Shown here piece by piece: positions 25,701-38,545 of a stretch of DNA of 64,000 nt (positions are counted from its first letter, which is position 1; each line of letters opens with the position of its first letter). Location: positions 29,016,001-29,080,000 of the forward strand of contig NC_082731.1 in assembly GCF_030144855.1 (NCBI RefSeq), given 5' to 3'. The notes below the pieces were generated by a model that saw nothing but the letters and a program-made list of their open reading frames with translations, did not search any database and was not told where the DNA came from. The position numbers and the translations under genes were made by a program. Source of the stretch: Hypanus sabinus (Eukaryota).

Positions 25701-26012
25701 CTGTGTCCTTCCTGATGGATTTCTTCACTGGTGTTGGCAAACTCTTGTCTTCTATCACACATGAGAACTCAGCCCCACTGTTCCACTCTGCAGCAGGGAC
25801 TGTCAGTCTGCTGGTGATCGTGTCTTCACCTCCTTTGCTGTCTGTCCTCACCCCATCTTCCCTCTTCCTTCCGTCCACCTGCCAGGTTACACTGAATCCC
25901 AGTAAATCACTGTGAACCACCTCACACAGAATGGTCGCTGTCCTCTTTGTCCAGATCTCTTCGAAGGATGGTTTGCTTAAAGTGACTGAGGAGTGGGCAT
26001 CTGAACAGTCAT
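25701..26012 (-). CDS. IgW CH5: IgW CH5 exon (IgNAR C4-like)
   Basis: DDCSDAHSSVTLSKPSFEEIWTKRTATILC...WQVDG...FSCVIEDKSLPTPVKKSIRKDT. Acceptor tttctcccag, donor G|gtacgt, 312 nt. Confidence 0.93.
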
Positions 26013-26991
26013 CTGGGAGAAACGTCACAAATATTATTTCACCATTCCCCAATAGATGATTTTGTCACTGACAAGACCAGCATTTCCTGTTCATCTCTGG
26101 TCAAGAATTTGCCAGTCCCATCAAGATGAGATAAGACTAATTTACCTGGTGAAGAAAGGAATCTCCCCTATTGAGCAGACAGGGTAAATACCCTGAGGGA
26201 ATGTAAATGAACAAGATTGGCCCTTAGATATTGTTTGCAGTTTCATGGTCACTTAAGCTGTTACCAGCCACCTATTAAAACAAATACAGAAAATACCCAG
26301 TATTTCAGAGTGCATCTGTGGAATGGGAAACAGAGCAAAGTTTCACGTGAAAATCTTCCAGAAAATACACTTCATGTTTCAAAATTCATGTATGAGAAAT
26401 ATTTAGTTACTGTCACAAATATTAAAATGCACTTTTGTTCTCAGTGTAGTATAACAAAAATTTGCTGCAGCTTTGTCAGAATATTGTGTGTTCTACACAT
26501 TGTCCAGGCTGACGATTCCCACACAGGAGCAGAGAAGAGCTGCTCTGCTGGAAATTCAGTCGCAACTCAGGCACTAATCAGAGGCTGTTTAAAGGGAGAA
26601 GGAGAGAGTAAGAGTGAGAGAGACAGGTGGAGAGAGATATTTGAAGACAATTATTAGGGTTCTCCAGCGTCACTGTACAGGGAAATGATGTGGATTCTCC
26701 TCAAGTTATGAAAGTATTTCCTGAGATACTATTATGTCAGGTTTGTAAGTTCTGGATTATGTTGGTTGAGCATGGAAAACAAACCGATGGTTGGATGATT
26801 TAAGTGCCAAGTGAGATTAAAAAAAGTTAGGGTGTTGAGGCAGAGTCAATGGACAAACCGGTATTCAGCTCACTACTCTATGAGGCTTCACTCACCTCAG
26901 CACTGAACTGACTCTGCAGCTGCGGCCTGCAGCCATCGGCACACACTTCAGCATGATAAATGAATAAAACAGCTCTTTGATCAGTTCTGGG

Positions 26992-27207
26992 TCACCTGTC
27001 CTCTGGGTTAGTGTCGGTTTTGTGTGAAGTTGTTGAGGCCGTCTCCCAATGCGCGATCATCAGTTCACGTACATTGCAGCTCTCTGCACTTCGTGTACAC
27101 CATTTACACACTCGGTCCCCTTTTGCTCTTTGACATTTAGTGTGGAGGCTGATTGTGTTTGTGTCACGGTTGAGTCCTTCAGTGAGACTGTGAGTCAGTG
27201 TCTTTGT
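26992..27207 (-). pseudogene. Candidate Cys-rich secretory-tail exon after CH2, out of frame with its strong acceptor
   Basis: Acceptor tctgctctttcttcag at 27208-27209. Splicing from CH2 gives DKDTDSQSH*. The neighbouring frame encodes KCQ...VCKWCTRSAESCNVRELMIAH, which matches the post-CH4 candidate. Confidence 0.42.
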
Positions 27208-27603
27208 CTGAAGAAAGAGCAGATGTAACACACACTGTCCAGTCTGACTGGGATGGGTCATTCGCCAAGGTATGATTTAGATTTCTTAACCCTTCTCATG
27301 TCAGTAAGGTTATGAGCAATTTTCTTTGAAAACAGAATGTCCGAGGGTGCAATGTTATGAAAATAGTGAACTTATTTTCATTATAACTACAAACAGAGAC
27401 AGAATGGACAGGTGACCTAATCTTACACCTTTCCTGCCCAGTAGATGGGGTTAAAGCTGCTGGTGATGTGAGTTGATTCAAACTACAAAGATCATCTGTA
27501 CATCACTCAACCAGATTGACAGTAGGGACAGGAATTGTGTGGGAGTATCAGTTAGGTAGTTTAGTGCTGTAAGTTAATTAATTTTTCCTCAGACATCACT
27601 CAC

Positions 27604-27903
27604 CCTCTTGATACATCATGTTGACCTGACTATTGACACCGGAAGGTGCGTGATTCACTTCACAAGTATATTCCTGTTTCTTGGTCCATTCCTGCACAGG
27701 CACTGTCAGGTAAGCGATTGTTTCAAATCCACCACCAGATCTCCGAGTGGAAGGGAGAACAATGCCTTCTTGGGCAGATCCAGCTTTTTTCCAGGATACT
27801 GTAACATTGTCAGGAGAGAATCCAGATATCACACAGCCCAGGACAGCATTTGCTTGACTGCGGATCATCTCCCGGGATGGAACAAGGGAGCTGAGCTTCG
27901 GAG
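27604..27903 (-). CDS. IgW CH2: IgW CH2 exon
   Basis: SPKLSSLVPSREMIRSQANAVLGCVISGFSPDNVTVSWKK...EWTKKQEYTCEVNHAPSG...YQE. Acceptor gtgttacag, donor G|gtgagt, 300 nt. Confidence 0.93.
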
Positions 27904-28748
27904 CTGTAACACATTTAATATCTGTCAGTACATGATTGCTTTGTCCATGCTTTGGACTTCATTCCCCCTCATCCCGGGCAAGTTCCCCAATTCCAGCCCT
28001 CTCAAGAATGGTGTTAATTTACAGATGGTCTGATGATCTGATGGCTCACACCAGTGAGTGGGAGGGCTGGGTGTATCACTTGGGACTCCCAGCAGTGTGT
28101 CCCACTATGCTATGATAATGCAGAGAAGTGGGTCATGGGGTTGAGGTGCAGACCTGCCGTGATCTAATTGTTTAACGGAGAATGACTGAGACCAGCTCCT
28201 GTGAGCAGGAGTACATGGTGTGGTACTGTTTCCACTGGCAAGTTTGGGAAACAAAATTTTACTTTCAATGAGAAAGAAGAACAGATGGACAGGAGGGAAT
28301 TATTTTGTTGTATCTGCAAAGGCTTGTTCAGATCTGTGAGAAGATGGTTAAAGAAGGGCAGTGGAGTGGATTCCTTCATCACATTCACAAGGGATGATTT
28401 TACCAGAAGAGGGGAAAGTGCAGAAGGAGGGGGGTAATGTTTAATTTGTTGTTCTGTGTGCAGGGGTACAATGGGTCAGTGGTCTCTGTATGTGTACAGG
28501 AGCTGATCTGTAGGGAGGGTGGTGGAGAGGCTCCTGAAATTAGACAATGGATTGGATACAATGGAGGCAGATTCTGATAATGAAATTCACTGCTCATATC
28601 GACTTTCATAGGTTTTCTCACTGTTGTTGTAATAGTAGAATAAAGGAATTAATTGCCATGCTCCTACATTATCTGATGAAGGTTCCTACTCCAGATTTAT
28701 GCTCTGACATCAGTGCAACTTTAAATACAAATTATTTCTGATACTAAC

Positions 28749-29060
28749 ATTGAGGTTGAGGTTTCTGCCACTCCGCTGTCTCAATCTCGTTTGGCTTGTA
28801 CCCTGCCTTGCAGTAGTAAACTTTATTCTTCCAGTCCGCTGCAGAGACTTCGAGCAAGCTGCTCATCGTGTACTTTGAATTTTGCCCCAACACCGCCGGG
28901 TATTTCTTGATTCCAGTGGTGATGTCCCCATTGTTAGTGGACCATGTCTGACTGACGCTCTCAGGCTGATAGTCCTTGACCAGACAGAGGATCCTGTTGC
29001 CTTGGTCAGATTTTCTGTTGCAGGAAAGAGTGATGTAGACTGATGGCACAGACTTGACCT
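28749..29060 (-). CDS. IgW CH1: IgW CH1 exon
   Basis: EVKSVPSVYITLSC...ILCLVKDYQPE...TWS...KKYPAVLG...SSLLEVSAADW...YYCKAGY. Acceptor tttctttctgtttcag, donor T|gttagt, 312 nt. Confidence 0.92.
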
Positions 29061-29984
29061 CTGAAACAGAAAGAAATTCACAAATGAATTACCATTACCG
29101 GCAGAGAAAGGAGATGATATAAAGCAGTAATTGTCAAAATTATTTACCAAATTAAATAAAACATATATCACTTTAACACTCAGCTGTGAGTCTGTGTCGC
29201 TGAGGTAGGAGGGTGTGGATCAATCCCACAGTGGCAACTTGGACACACAGTCCAGGCCAACACTTCAGTGAAGGCCTGAAGCAGTGACCCAATGTCCGAT
29301 TGGTCGGATTTCAGTCAAAATACCAAAGTGACAATCTGTCTCTCATCCAAATACAATTCCTGATTCTGAAAACTCTGTTAGCCCCTGATCAGCAGAGTTT
29401 TCAGAAGAAGTAAGATTTAGAAGTAACTTATTTGAATAATTCTGATCAGTTCAGTGTTGCTGTCGATGAGAGGAGTGATTGAGGTGGATATAGTGGTACC
29501 TGGTCTCCAGCACCATGTGTGCAATATAGTGAGGTTGGGAAATGGACTCTGCTTCTGAAATTCAACTCAACAGACTACATGATACAGCTGACACTGCCTC
29601 ACATATTTACCGTGTGTGACTGAGCAAGAATTTCAACCCCACTGAGCCTGTGGAAACTACTGGGTAACCGGGAGGGAACTTGCATCAGAATGGACAGAGG
29701 AACTGGGGAAATACATTAGCCCAGACTCTGTGGAGAAGTGTCAGCCAACACATGAGATTCCTGGGCACATGGCGATATCTCATCTAATGCCATTAGATGT
29801 AGGTGATATTCTGAATGACCAGCCCAGAGAGTCCAGTGAGGAAATGCAGGTTGTGTCAATTCACAACCACTTCAGGTGCAAAATACTCTTGAAAGCACTG
29901 GTTCTCAATTAATTTCACTGGAGAAGGAGAAGTGTTGACTTACCAAGGTAGGTAAAAGTGTCAGGATCAATTAATTATTGACCA

Positions 29985-30420
29985 ATTGACAGCTTTGACA
30001 GGTGGATACGTTGAGAAGATGTGGTTTGACCAGTTGTCAGAATTACCTTGGACAGTGCTGTGGACGGAATTTGTTCTGACCCACCGACATGACATCGTTT
30101 ACCTCATGATTGACTCTGTCAATGACAGATTGTTGCTGGTGGATGAGGTTAAAATCACCCAAAAAGACTGCTTGGACACAGCGGAACATGCAGGAACTCT
30201 GGGAGTAGGAGACTAGTGGGAGAGTATGTGTCAGACAGTGTGAATTGCAGTAGATGAGGGATTTTTTGTCCAGCAGTAAAATGGTCAACAGACACACACA
30301 CAGGCTTCAGATCGATTCTGCTATCGGAAGGGCAGCAAACTCAGCATTTGGAGAAGTGGAGTGGTGGGAAGGTCACAATTTCATTCGGGGCAAAATAATG
30401 AAATATGCTCTTCACCGTAA
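29985..30420 (+). mobile_element. Degraded RTE-like LINE fragment
   Basis: IDSAIGRAANSAFG resembles the RTE RT C-terminal region. Confidence 0.45.
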
Positions 30421-31300
30421 TCACTCTGGGACAAAGGGCATAAAATATAGATATCTGGGTTTCAGATAGAATAAAAGTAAATAAATAAATATAACAAGTA
30501 AATAGGAATCAATATAATCTAATTGGTCAATAATGACAGCTGCATTGTTTAGGACCATTTCCAGGTGACTCTGGGGACTGTGAACTCAGAACATTTGCCT
30601 TCCTGAGTAAACACAGTTGATTCAGGTTGACAGGACAGGCAGAGCAGAGAAATGGTCCCTTTCTCATTCCTTCAGACTGAGCCTGAAACAACCAGTGAAA
30701 TGCTGATGCCAGACCCCCTACCGGGGACACACCTTCTGTGAAACAGAGGGACAAGCTGACTTGTGCTGTGGGTGAAGGGTCACAGGAGAGAAAGCAAAGG
30801 ACACGGTGCCAACTGGACCATGTCCACACAGACCGGGCTGAATGGTGCTGGTTCTAACCTGCTGGGACTCTCCCCACACTGCTATTTCAACTGCAACACA
30901 GAGTCTTGCCATTTTCAGAAGTTTTCTGATGACTCTGCCATAGTTGGATGCATCAGCAAGGGAGATGAGGCTGAGTACAGGGCTACGGTGGGAAACTTTG
31001 TCACATGGTGTGAGCAGAATCATCTGCAGCTTAATGTGAAAAAGACTAAGGAGCTGGTGGTGGACCTGAGGAGGGCTAAGGCACCGGTGACCCCATTTCC
31101 ATCCAAGGGGTCAGTGTGGACATGGTGGAGGATTACAAATACCTGGGGATACAAATGGACAATAAACTGGACTGGTCAAAGGACACTGAGGCTGTCTACA
31201 GGAAGGGTCAGAGCCGTCTCTACTTCCTGAGGAGACTGAGGTCTTTTAACATCTGCCAGACGATGCCGAGGATGTTCTACGAGTCTGTGGTGGCCAGTGC

Positions 31301-34300
31301 TTTCTTTTTCTTTTCTTTTCTTTTTACAATATTTTTATTCAGAAGAAAAGAAGATTTACAGAGTGCAACACATAGATACATCTCAACATAACTTGTGTAC
31401 ATTCATATATTGTGATAAAATTGATCAAAATGTTATAGCATATCACATAAAGGTGTGCCATTCTGTAATCAAAAATTTAAAGATAGGTCATACATCATAA
31501 AAAAAATTATATACAAAAAGTCATCCCCCTGTCAACTACCAAAGAAAAAAGCTGATGGATGATAATGGATAAATTAGAAAAGAAAACATTCGCTTAAGAA
31601 GAGAAGATAAAAATATACATAAAAGTCTGTGTACTGTTAAACTTTATAAATTGGAAAAGTAATTTAGGAAAGGTCTCCAGATATGATAAAAAGATTTTTT
31701 CGAATTTAAGACTGAGCAACGGATCATTTCTAAATTTAAATATGGCATAATATCACGTAGCCATTGAAGATGTGTAGGAGGGGTAAACTCCTTCTATTTA
31801 AGCAAGATTGCTCTCCTTGCTAAAAGAGAGGTAAAAACTAAAACCTGTAGGTTAGAAGTATTTAAAGTTATATCTTTATCTGCAATAATACCAAACAAGG
31901 CAGTAAGGGGATTTGGGTCAAATCCAACCCTAAAAAGTTGTGAGAAGGTATGGAATACTTCCTGCCAAAACTTTTCAATTTTAGGGCAAGACCAAAACAT
32001 ATGAATTAAAGAGGCTTCAGCAGAGTTACATTTATTACAAAGTGGAGAAACCTTCGCATAAAAACTGCACAGCTTCTGATTAGAAATGTAAGCTCTATGA
32101 ACCACTTTAAATTGTAGAAGAGAATGACGAGCACAGAAAGATGATTTATTAACCCGTTTAAGAATTTTATTCCATCTGTCATCAGAAATCTGATAATTTA
32201 TGTCATCCTCACAAACTTTTTTTATTTTATCTAAAAAGTCTTGTCTAGAATCAATCAACAAGTTATAGATACCAGTAATAGAACCATTAACAAAAGGTTT
32301 TAAATTTAAAAGATCATCCAGTAAATTTTTTATCAGGACCTATAGGAAAAGAAGCTAATTGGAAATGTAGAAAATCTCTAATTTGAAGATATCTGAAAAA
32401 ATGTGATTTTGGGAGTGCAAATTTATTTGCCAATTGGTCAAATGAAGCAAGAGATCCTGAGATAATCAGGTCCCAAAAACTTAATACCTAATTCATCCCA
32501 ATCTTTAAAGACTTTATCAGTCATGGAAGGAATAAAAAAATAATTAAGGAGAATGGGAGATGATAATGAAAAATTAGCTAAACCAAAAATTTTTCTAAAT
32601 TGAGACCAGATCCTTAGTTTGCTTAACAATTATGTTATCTGTTGTTTTATTTGCTGAAAAAGAAGAGTATGATCCAAGAAGAGAGACAATAGAGGATTCT
32701 TTTACAGAATTAACTTCTAAGGAGACCCATGATGGGCAATCATTACGATAAATATAATAGGACCAGAAAGTAATATTCCTTATATTGGCAGCCCACTAGT
32801 AAAACTTAAAATTGGGTAGGGCTAGTCCACCCATCTCTTTCTTTCTTTGTACGTAAACTTTACTGAAACGAGCTTGTTTATTATTCCAAATATAAGAGGT
32901 TAAAATTGAATCCAAAGAATCAAAGTACATCTTAGTAATAAAAATAGGTAAGGCCTGAAAAAGATATAAAAATTTAGGAAGAATCTTCATTTTAATCCAA
33001 TTAATTCGGCCAATTAGGGATAAAGAAAGAGGGGACCATTTAGAACGTGTCTTTTTCACATAATTCAATAAGGGGTTTAAGTTTTCTTTGAAATAAGTTC
33101 TTTAAGTTTTTAGTAATTGTTACACCTAAATATGTAAATTGACTTGTAACAACTTTGAACAGAAACTTGGCATTTGATGACATTAGGTCATTTAAAGGAA
33201 ATAGCTCACTTTTATGTAGGTTCAGCTTATATCCTAAAAAAGAACTAAACTGGGAGATTAAAGAAAGAACCAAAGGTAAAGAAGTTTCAGTGTTAGAAAT
33301 AAAAAGTAAAATATCATCAGCGTATAAAGAAATTTTATGAAACATACCTTCCCTTAGTATACCAGAAATGTTCTTAGCTTCTCGAAGTGCTATTGCAAAG
33401 GGTTCTATAGCTAAAGCAAAAAGTAAAGGACTAAGAGGACATCCTTGTCTAGTTCCCCGCTGTAATTTAAAGGGCTTAGAAATTTGGGAGTTAGTAATAA
33501 CCTGAGCGGTAGGAGACAAGTAGATTAAGTTAACCCAACGAATAAAATTAGGCCCAAAATTAAACTTTTCTAAGGTCTTAAAAAGATAATTCCACTCAAT
33601 CCTATCAAAGGCTTTTTCTGCATCTAAGGATAATATACACTCTGATATTTTTTTGGATGGTGAATATATCACATTCAATAACCGACAAATATTAAAATGT
33701 GAGTAACGATTTTTTAATAAATCCTGTCTGGTCATGTGATATAATAGATGGTAGAATATTTTCAAGTCTTTGAGCTAAGATTTTGGCTAAAATTTTTGCA
33801 TCAATATTTAATAAAGAAATCGGTCTGTATGAAGAACATTCAGCTGGATTTTTTTTAAGAATAAGAGAAATAAAAGCTTTATAAAAATATTGAGGGAGTT
33901 TACCTGATTTAAAGGACTCTAATAAAACAAAGGATAAATAAAATGAAAGTAACGTAGTGAAAGTTTTATAAAACTCCCCAGGAAAGCCATCAGGTCCTGG
34001 GGTCTTACCAGAATGTAAAGCACGTATGGCCTCAGCCACTTCTTCATTGGAAATAGGCTGATCTATCTGTGTTAGACTATCAGCAGACAATATAGGAATG
34101 TTGATATTACTGAAAAATGCATTCATATAGGTATCATCTGAAGAAGAGTCAGATTGATACAATTTAAGGTAAAAGTCTTTAAATACATTGTTAATTTCAG
34201 AATGGTCGGGTGTTTTAGTTCCATTATCTTTAAAAATTTCTGTTATTTGACGATTAACTGTAGAAGATTTTAAGCAATTAGCTAATAAACTACCAGTTCT

Positions 34301-37300
34301 ATCCCCGTGAATGTAAAATTGAGTTTTATCTCTCAACAGCTGTCGTTCAATTGGGTAAGTCAGCAGAAGATTATACTTGGATTGGATTTCAATCTGCTTA
34401 TTATATATACTTGGATCTAGAGATAGGGCATACTTTCGATCAAGATCTTTTAATACCGCTGCTAGGTCAGACCTTTCTTTGTCAGCTTTTTTCTTTATAT
34501 AGGTAGACTAAGAGATAATTTCTCTACAAATATATGCTTTAAAAGTATCCCAGACTATATTACCAGCAGTATCTCCTTTAAAATTTTCTTTAAAAGAAAA
34601 AAGTAATATGGTTTTCCAAAAACTTTAGAATTTTTTTATCAGATAACAATGATAAGTTAAAATGCCTACTTCTATTTGGTACAGAGTAAACAGGAGGTCT
34701 TAAAGCCAGAAGCACAGGTGCATGATCAGACAAAGCAATCTCCTTATAATCGCGGGATCATACCAGTGGAAGCAAGTTTCTATCTATAAAAAAATAATCA
34801 ATCCGAGAGTACGTATGATGAACCTGTGAGAAATATGAATATTCCTTTTCTTGGGGGTGTAAAAAACGCCACACGTCAAGAATACCACATTGAGATAAAA
34901 AAGATTTAAAATGTAAGACTGATTTATTAGTGACAGGCGTTTTACTTGAACAGCGGTCTAATATAGGGTCAAGCCAAAAATTAAAATCTCCACCCATCAC
35001 TAAGGAATACTGATTCAAATCAGGCAGAAAAGAGAAAAGACGTTCAAAGAACAAGGAGTCATCTGTATTTTGAGTGTATACATTCGCAAATAAGATTAGT
35101 TTATTCCCAAGACTACCGAAACAATAACAAAGCGCCCATTTGTATCAGAAATTACATTATGTTGAATAAAGGATAAATTCTGATCAAACAGGATAGACAC
35201 CTCCCGATCTAGATTGAGAGGGTGAGTGAAAATGTACACCCTTCCATCCTTTGAAAGAAAGGGAAATATCATCTTTACGAATATAGGTTTCTTGGAGAAA
35301 GATTATGAGTTTTAAGTTTCCGGATATAAAAGAAAATCTTATTTCGTTTAACAGGGTTACTTAGACCTTTCACATTAAAACTGAGTATATTAATAAAGGA
35401 ATCCATCAAGTATCCTTTAGTAATGTATAAAAGGTAATCACAGACATGTAGATAGTGAATAAGTAAAACAGTAAAAACATCCAATCAGCTTCCCCCCTTC
35501 CTTCCCCCAAAGAGAGAAATCAGCCAAGAGAGACTGAAGACTAACTCTAATGTTCCCAACCCAGAACTCCGGTGGCTCCAGAAAATATATATGTATAACT
35601 GCGCTGAATAAACGATTGTAAATATATATATATATACAAAAATCAAAGTAAATAAGTTTGCTAATTACAATTAAAAAAAACCATGGGGAAATATAAGTAT
35701 TAGTCTCAGTAAAAAAAAGGAAAGACAGATAAGGAAAATTAAATATGGAAAATCAATAAGTAAAACAAAATATACTCGCGGGTGCAAAAAACGAGTAAAG
35801 AAACAAATAGATAATTAAAAAGGGAAGCAGTTTAGATAGCTTCCTACATAACACTGAGAGAATATAACGTATTGTTTAAAAAGAACTGTGAAAAACAGCA
35901 AAAGAGAAAATGGATGCAGTCTGCCTGCATATTTTGCAGAGTTTGAGAGATTACAAGGCACCAGTTACTTAGTCAAACAAATGATTAAAACTTCATAAAA
36001 CCAAGAAGCCTTGTTATCAACAAAACACCAATTACTTGATTGAACACCTGAAATTAAAACATTTAACATAAAACAACTCAAAGTTGAATTTAAGGATGGA
36101 GACTTTGTAAAAGTTTCTTAGCTTCTTCAGTCTTCGTAAACCAAGAGATTGTAGCGGTGTGCTACACGCAGCGCTAAAATAACGACACGGAGTTGGTAAA
36201 TGGCAAAGATAATTTTATTCGAACTTCACAGCCTTGCTTTAAAGCCTCCCTCATCCCGCCCTCCCCGGGCGCGGATGCTCCAAGAGACACGTACTCACAA
36301 CCCCCCGCAGGCTTTTCTCCCTTTGTTGCGGACCTGGCCTTTGTGCCTGCACGCTGGCTATTTGTGAGCCGGTTCGAGTGTGCTAGGAAGTGGGTCGCAG
36401 CCGATGGAGGTCTGTCTCCCAAACCATCCAGGTGCAGTAAGCGGGCAGCCCGCTCGCGCCGTGAGAGTCCGAAAGTCCTTAGGAGCAGGGCTTTGAATTC
36501 GGCGTACTTCCCGTCCGCCGGGGGAGACTGTACGGATTCCGCAACCTGGGCCACTGTGTCCTGGTCGAGGGAGCTCACCACGTAGTAGTAACGGGTGTCC
36601 TCTGAGGTTATCTGCCGAACGTGGAATTGGGCTTCTGCTTGCTGGAACCATTGGTGAGGTCGCAGCGCCCAGAAGCTTGGCAGTTTCAACGAAACCGCAT
36701 GAACAGATGCAGCATCAGTCATCTCCGGTCCAAAAATCGTTTGGACTGTCGGGGTCACCAATTGTAGCGGTGTGCTACACGCAGCGCTAAAATAACGACA
36801 CGGAGTCGGTAAACTGCAGTCAAAGATAATTTTATTCGAACTTCACAGCCTTGCTTTAAAGCCTCCCTCCTCAGTGCGGATGCTCCAAGAGACACGTACT
36901 CACAAACTCCCGCAGGCTTTTCACCCTTTGTTGCGGACCTGGCCTTTGGCGAATTGTGAGCCTGTTCGAGTGTGCTCCGAAGTGAGTCGCCACAGGACCT
37001 TATTATCAGAAGTAGTAACCTTGAGTTTACACGGATCTCTGAGAGAAAGGCGACAGCCAAGCTTAAAAAGATCAGACATAACCTCTTTAAAAGCTTGTAT
37101 AGCTCTTAGAACTTCCGGTGGATAATCTTGAACGATCCGAAACTGTTGATCACGAAATTGTAATATACGTTTCTTCCTCGATTCATGAAGGATCTGTTCC
37201 TTAATCTGATAGTCATAAAAGCGAATGATAATAGAGCGAGGTTTGGCAGGGTCCCAATTAGGGGGGTAACTCGGTGAACGCGCTCAAATTTCGGTAATTC

Positions 37301-37852
37301 CGATAATATAGGGAATAAATCTTTCAGCATTTGAGCACAAAAATCGATAGGTTGATTACCCTCCAGTTTTTCAGGAAGTCCAAGAATTCTTATATTGCAC
37401 CTTCGGTTCCTGGTCTCCAGATCTGTAAATTTCTTCAGTAACGCATCGTATTTTTTAAGTTGTTCCTTAGAAATTCTCTTGGAACCTTCGATATCCTTCT
37501 GCAACACTGGCAGAGATTCTTCGTGTAGCTTAATACGAATTTCATGGTCATTCACAGTCTGATGTATACTTCCAAGTTTCCGATTAAGCGTTTTCAGTTC
37601 AGATTTAACCAGGTCGAAGGAATTCTGTAACAAATCAAACTTGGATTCCAAGTCATCCAGTTTATCCAATTTTTCGAGTTTCTCTGACATTTGTTGAATC
37701 ATTTCAGTCAAAGTCTCTAAAGTAGTCTCTTTTTTTGACAGCTTTCTACTCATGGTGCTCTCACCGAGATCGGTGTAAACAGCAAAGTAAGCAAATAATG
37801 TTGGAGCACATAGCTGGTGCAACCTACTCAATTACAGGCACCGGAAGTCCCA
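31301..37852 (-). mobile_element. Full-length L1/Tx1-clade LINE, degraded, with 8-bp TSD
   Basis: GCCAGTGC at 31293-31300 and 37853-37860. T-rich tail at 31301-31325. ORF1 from ATG 37753 (NRRCNIRILGLPE). ORF2 fragments: SFNVKGL, YSRIDYF, PGPDGFPGEF, GTRQGCPLSP, LYADD. Confidence 0.92.
36150..36994 (-). mobile_element. Internally deleted Gypsy-like LTR element (two LTRs, tRNA-Trp PBS, gag N-terminus) inserted in the L1 ORF1 C-terminus
   Basis: Similar LTR copies at 36763-36994 and 36150-36398. PBS TGGTGACCCCGAC at 36748-36760. Gag-like VSLKLPSFW...WFQQAEAQF...RYYYVVSSL. Confidence 0.85.
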
Positions 37853-38545
37853 GCCAGTGCTATGGTGTTTGCTGGGGCAGCAGGCTGAGGGTAGCAGACA
37901 CAAACAGAATCAACAACCTCATCCGTAAGGCCAGTGATGTTGTGGGGGTGGAACTGGACTCTCTGATGGTGGTGTCTGAAAAGAGGATGCTGTACAAGTT
38001 GCATGCCAATTTGGACAATGTCTCCCATCCACTCCATAATGTACTGGTTAGGCACAGGAGTACTTTCAGCCAGAGACTCATTCCACCGAGATGTAACACT
38101 GAGCGTCATAGGAAGTCATTCCTGCCTGTGGCCATCAAACTTTACAACTCCTCCCTCAGAGTGTCAGACACCCTGAGCCAATAGGCTGGTCCTGGACTTA
38201 TTTTTCCACTTGGCATGATTAACATTATTATTTAGTTATTTATGGTTCTATATTCCTATATTTCTTCACTATTCTTGGTGGAGCCACTGTAATGAAACAC
38301 AATTTCCCTTGGGGTCAATAAAGTCCGTCTGTCTGTCTGTCTGTCTGTCTGTATACACAGGGAAAGGTGGACTCCTTTGGGTTTCTGGATGCTGGAGGCT
38401 TGCGGTGAGGTGTACTGAGGCCTCAGGCAGCACCCTGCTGGGACACTGGATCCAGAACACCCTGACACTTGGGAATTCTGGGGCGGGGATTACCTTGTGT
38501 CAATGCTGTCATGTAATTTAACAGGTTTGAAATGTCTGGGAAACA

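Larger units (their letters stand above)
30790..38352 (+). mobile_element. Rex1/Babar LINE 3' portion (30790-31300 and 37853-38352), split by an L1 insertion; (tgtc)n tail
   Basis: QKFSDDSAIVG...LNVKKTKELVVD...RMFYESVVASA continues after the insertion as ...CWGSRLRVADTNR...ERHRKSFLPVAIKLYN. AATAAA followed by gtct repeats at 38317-38352. Confidence 0.88.

Noticed and set aside
27400-27603. Read-through Cys-rich tail contiguous with CH2, as recalled for skate IgX-short
   Set aside because: Read-through stops after G-E. There is only faint out-of-frame resemblance (WAGK/CKIR near 27430), compared from memory, which is too weak to call.
29227-29233. CACAGTG heptamer upstream of CH1
   Set aside because: No nonamer at either spacing.
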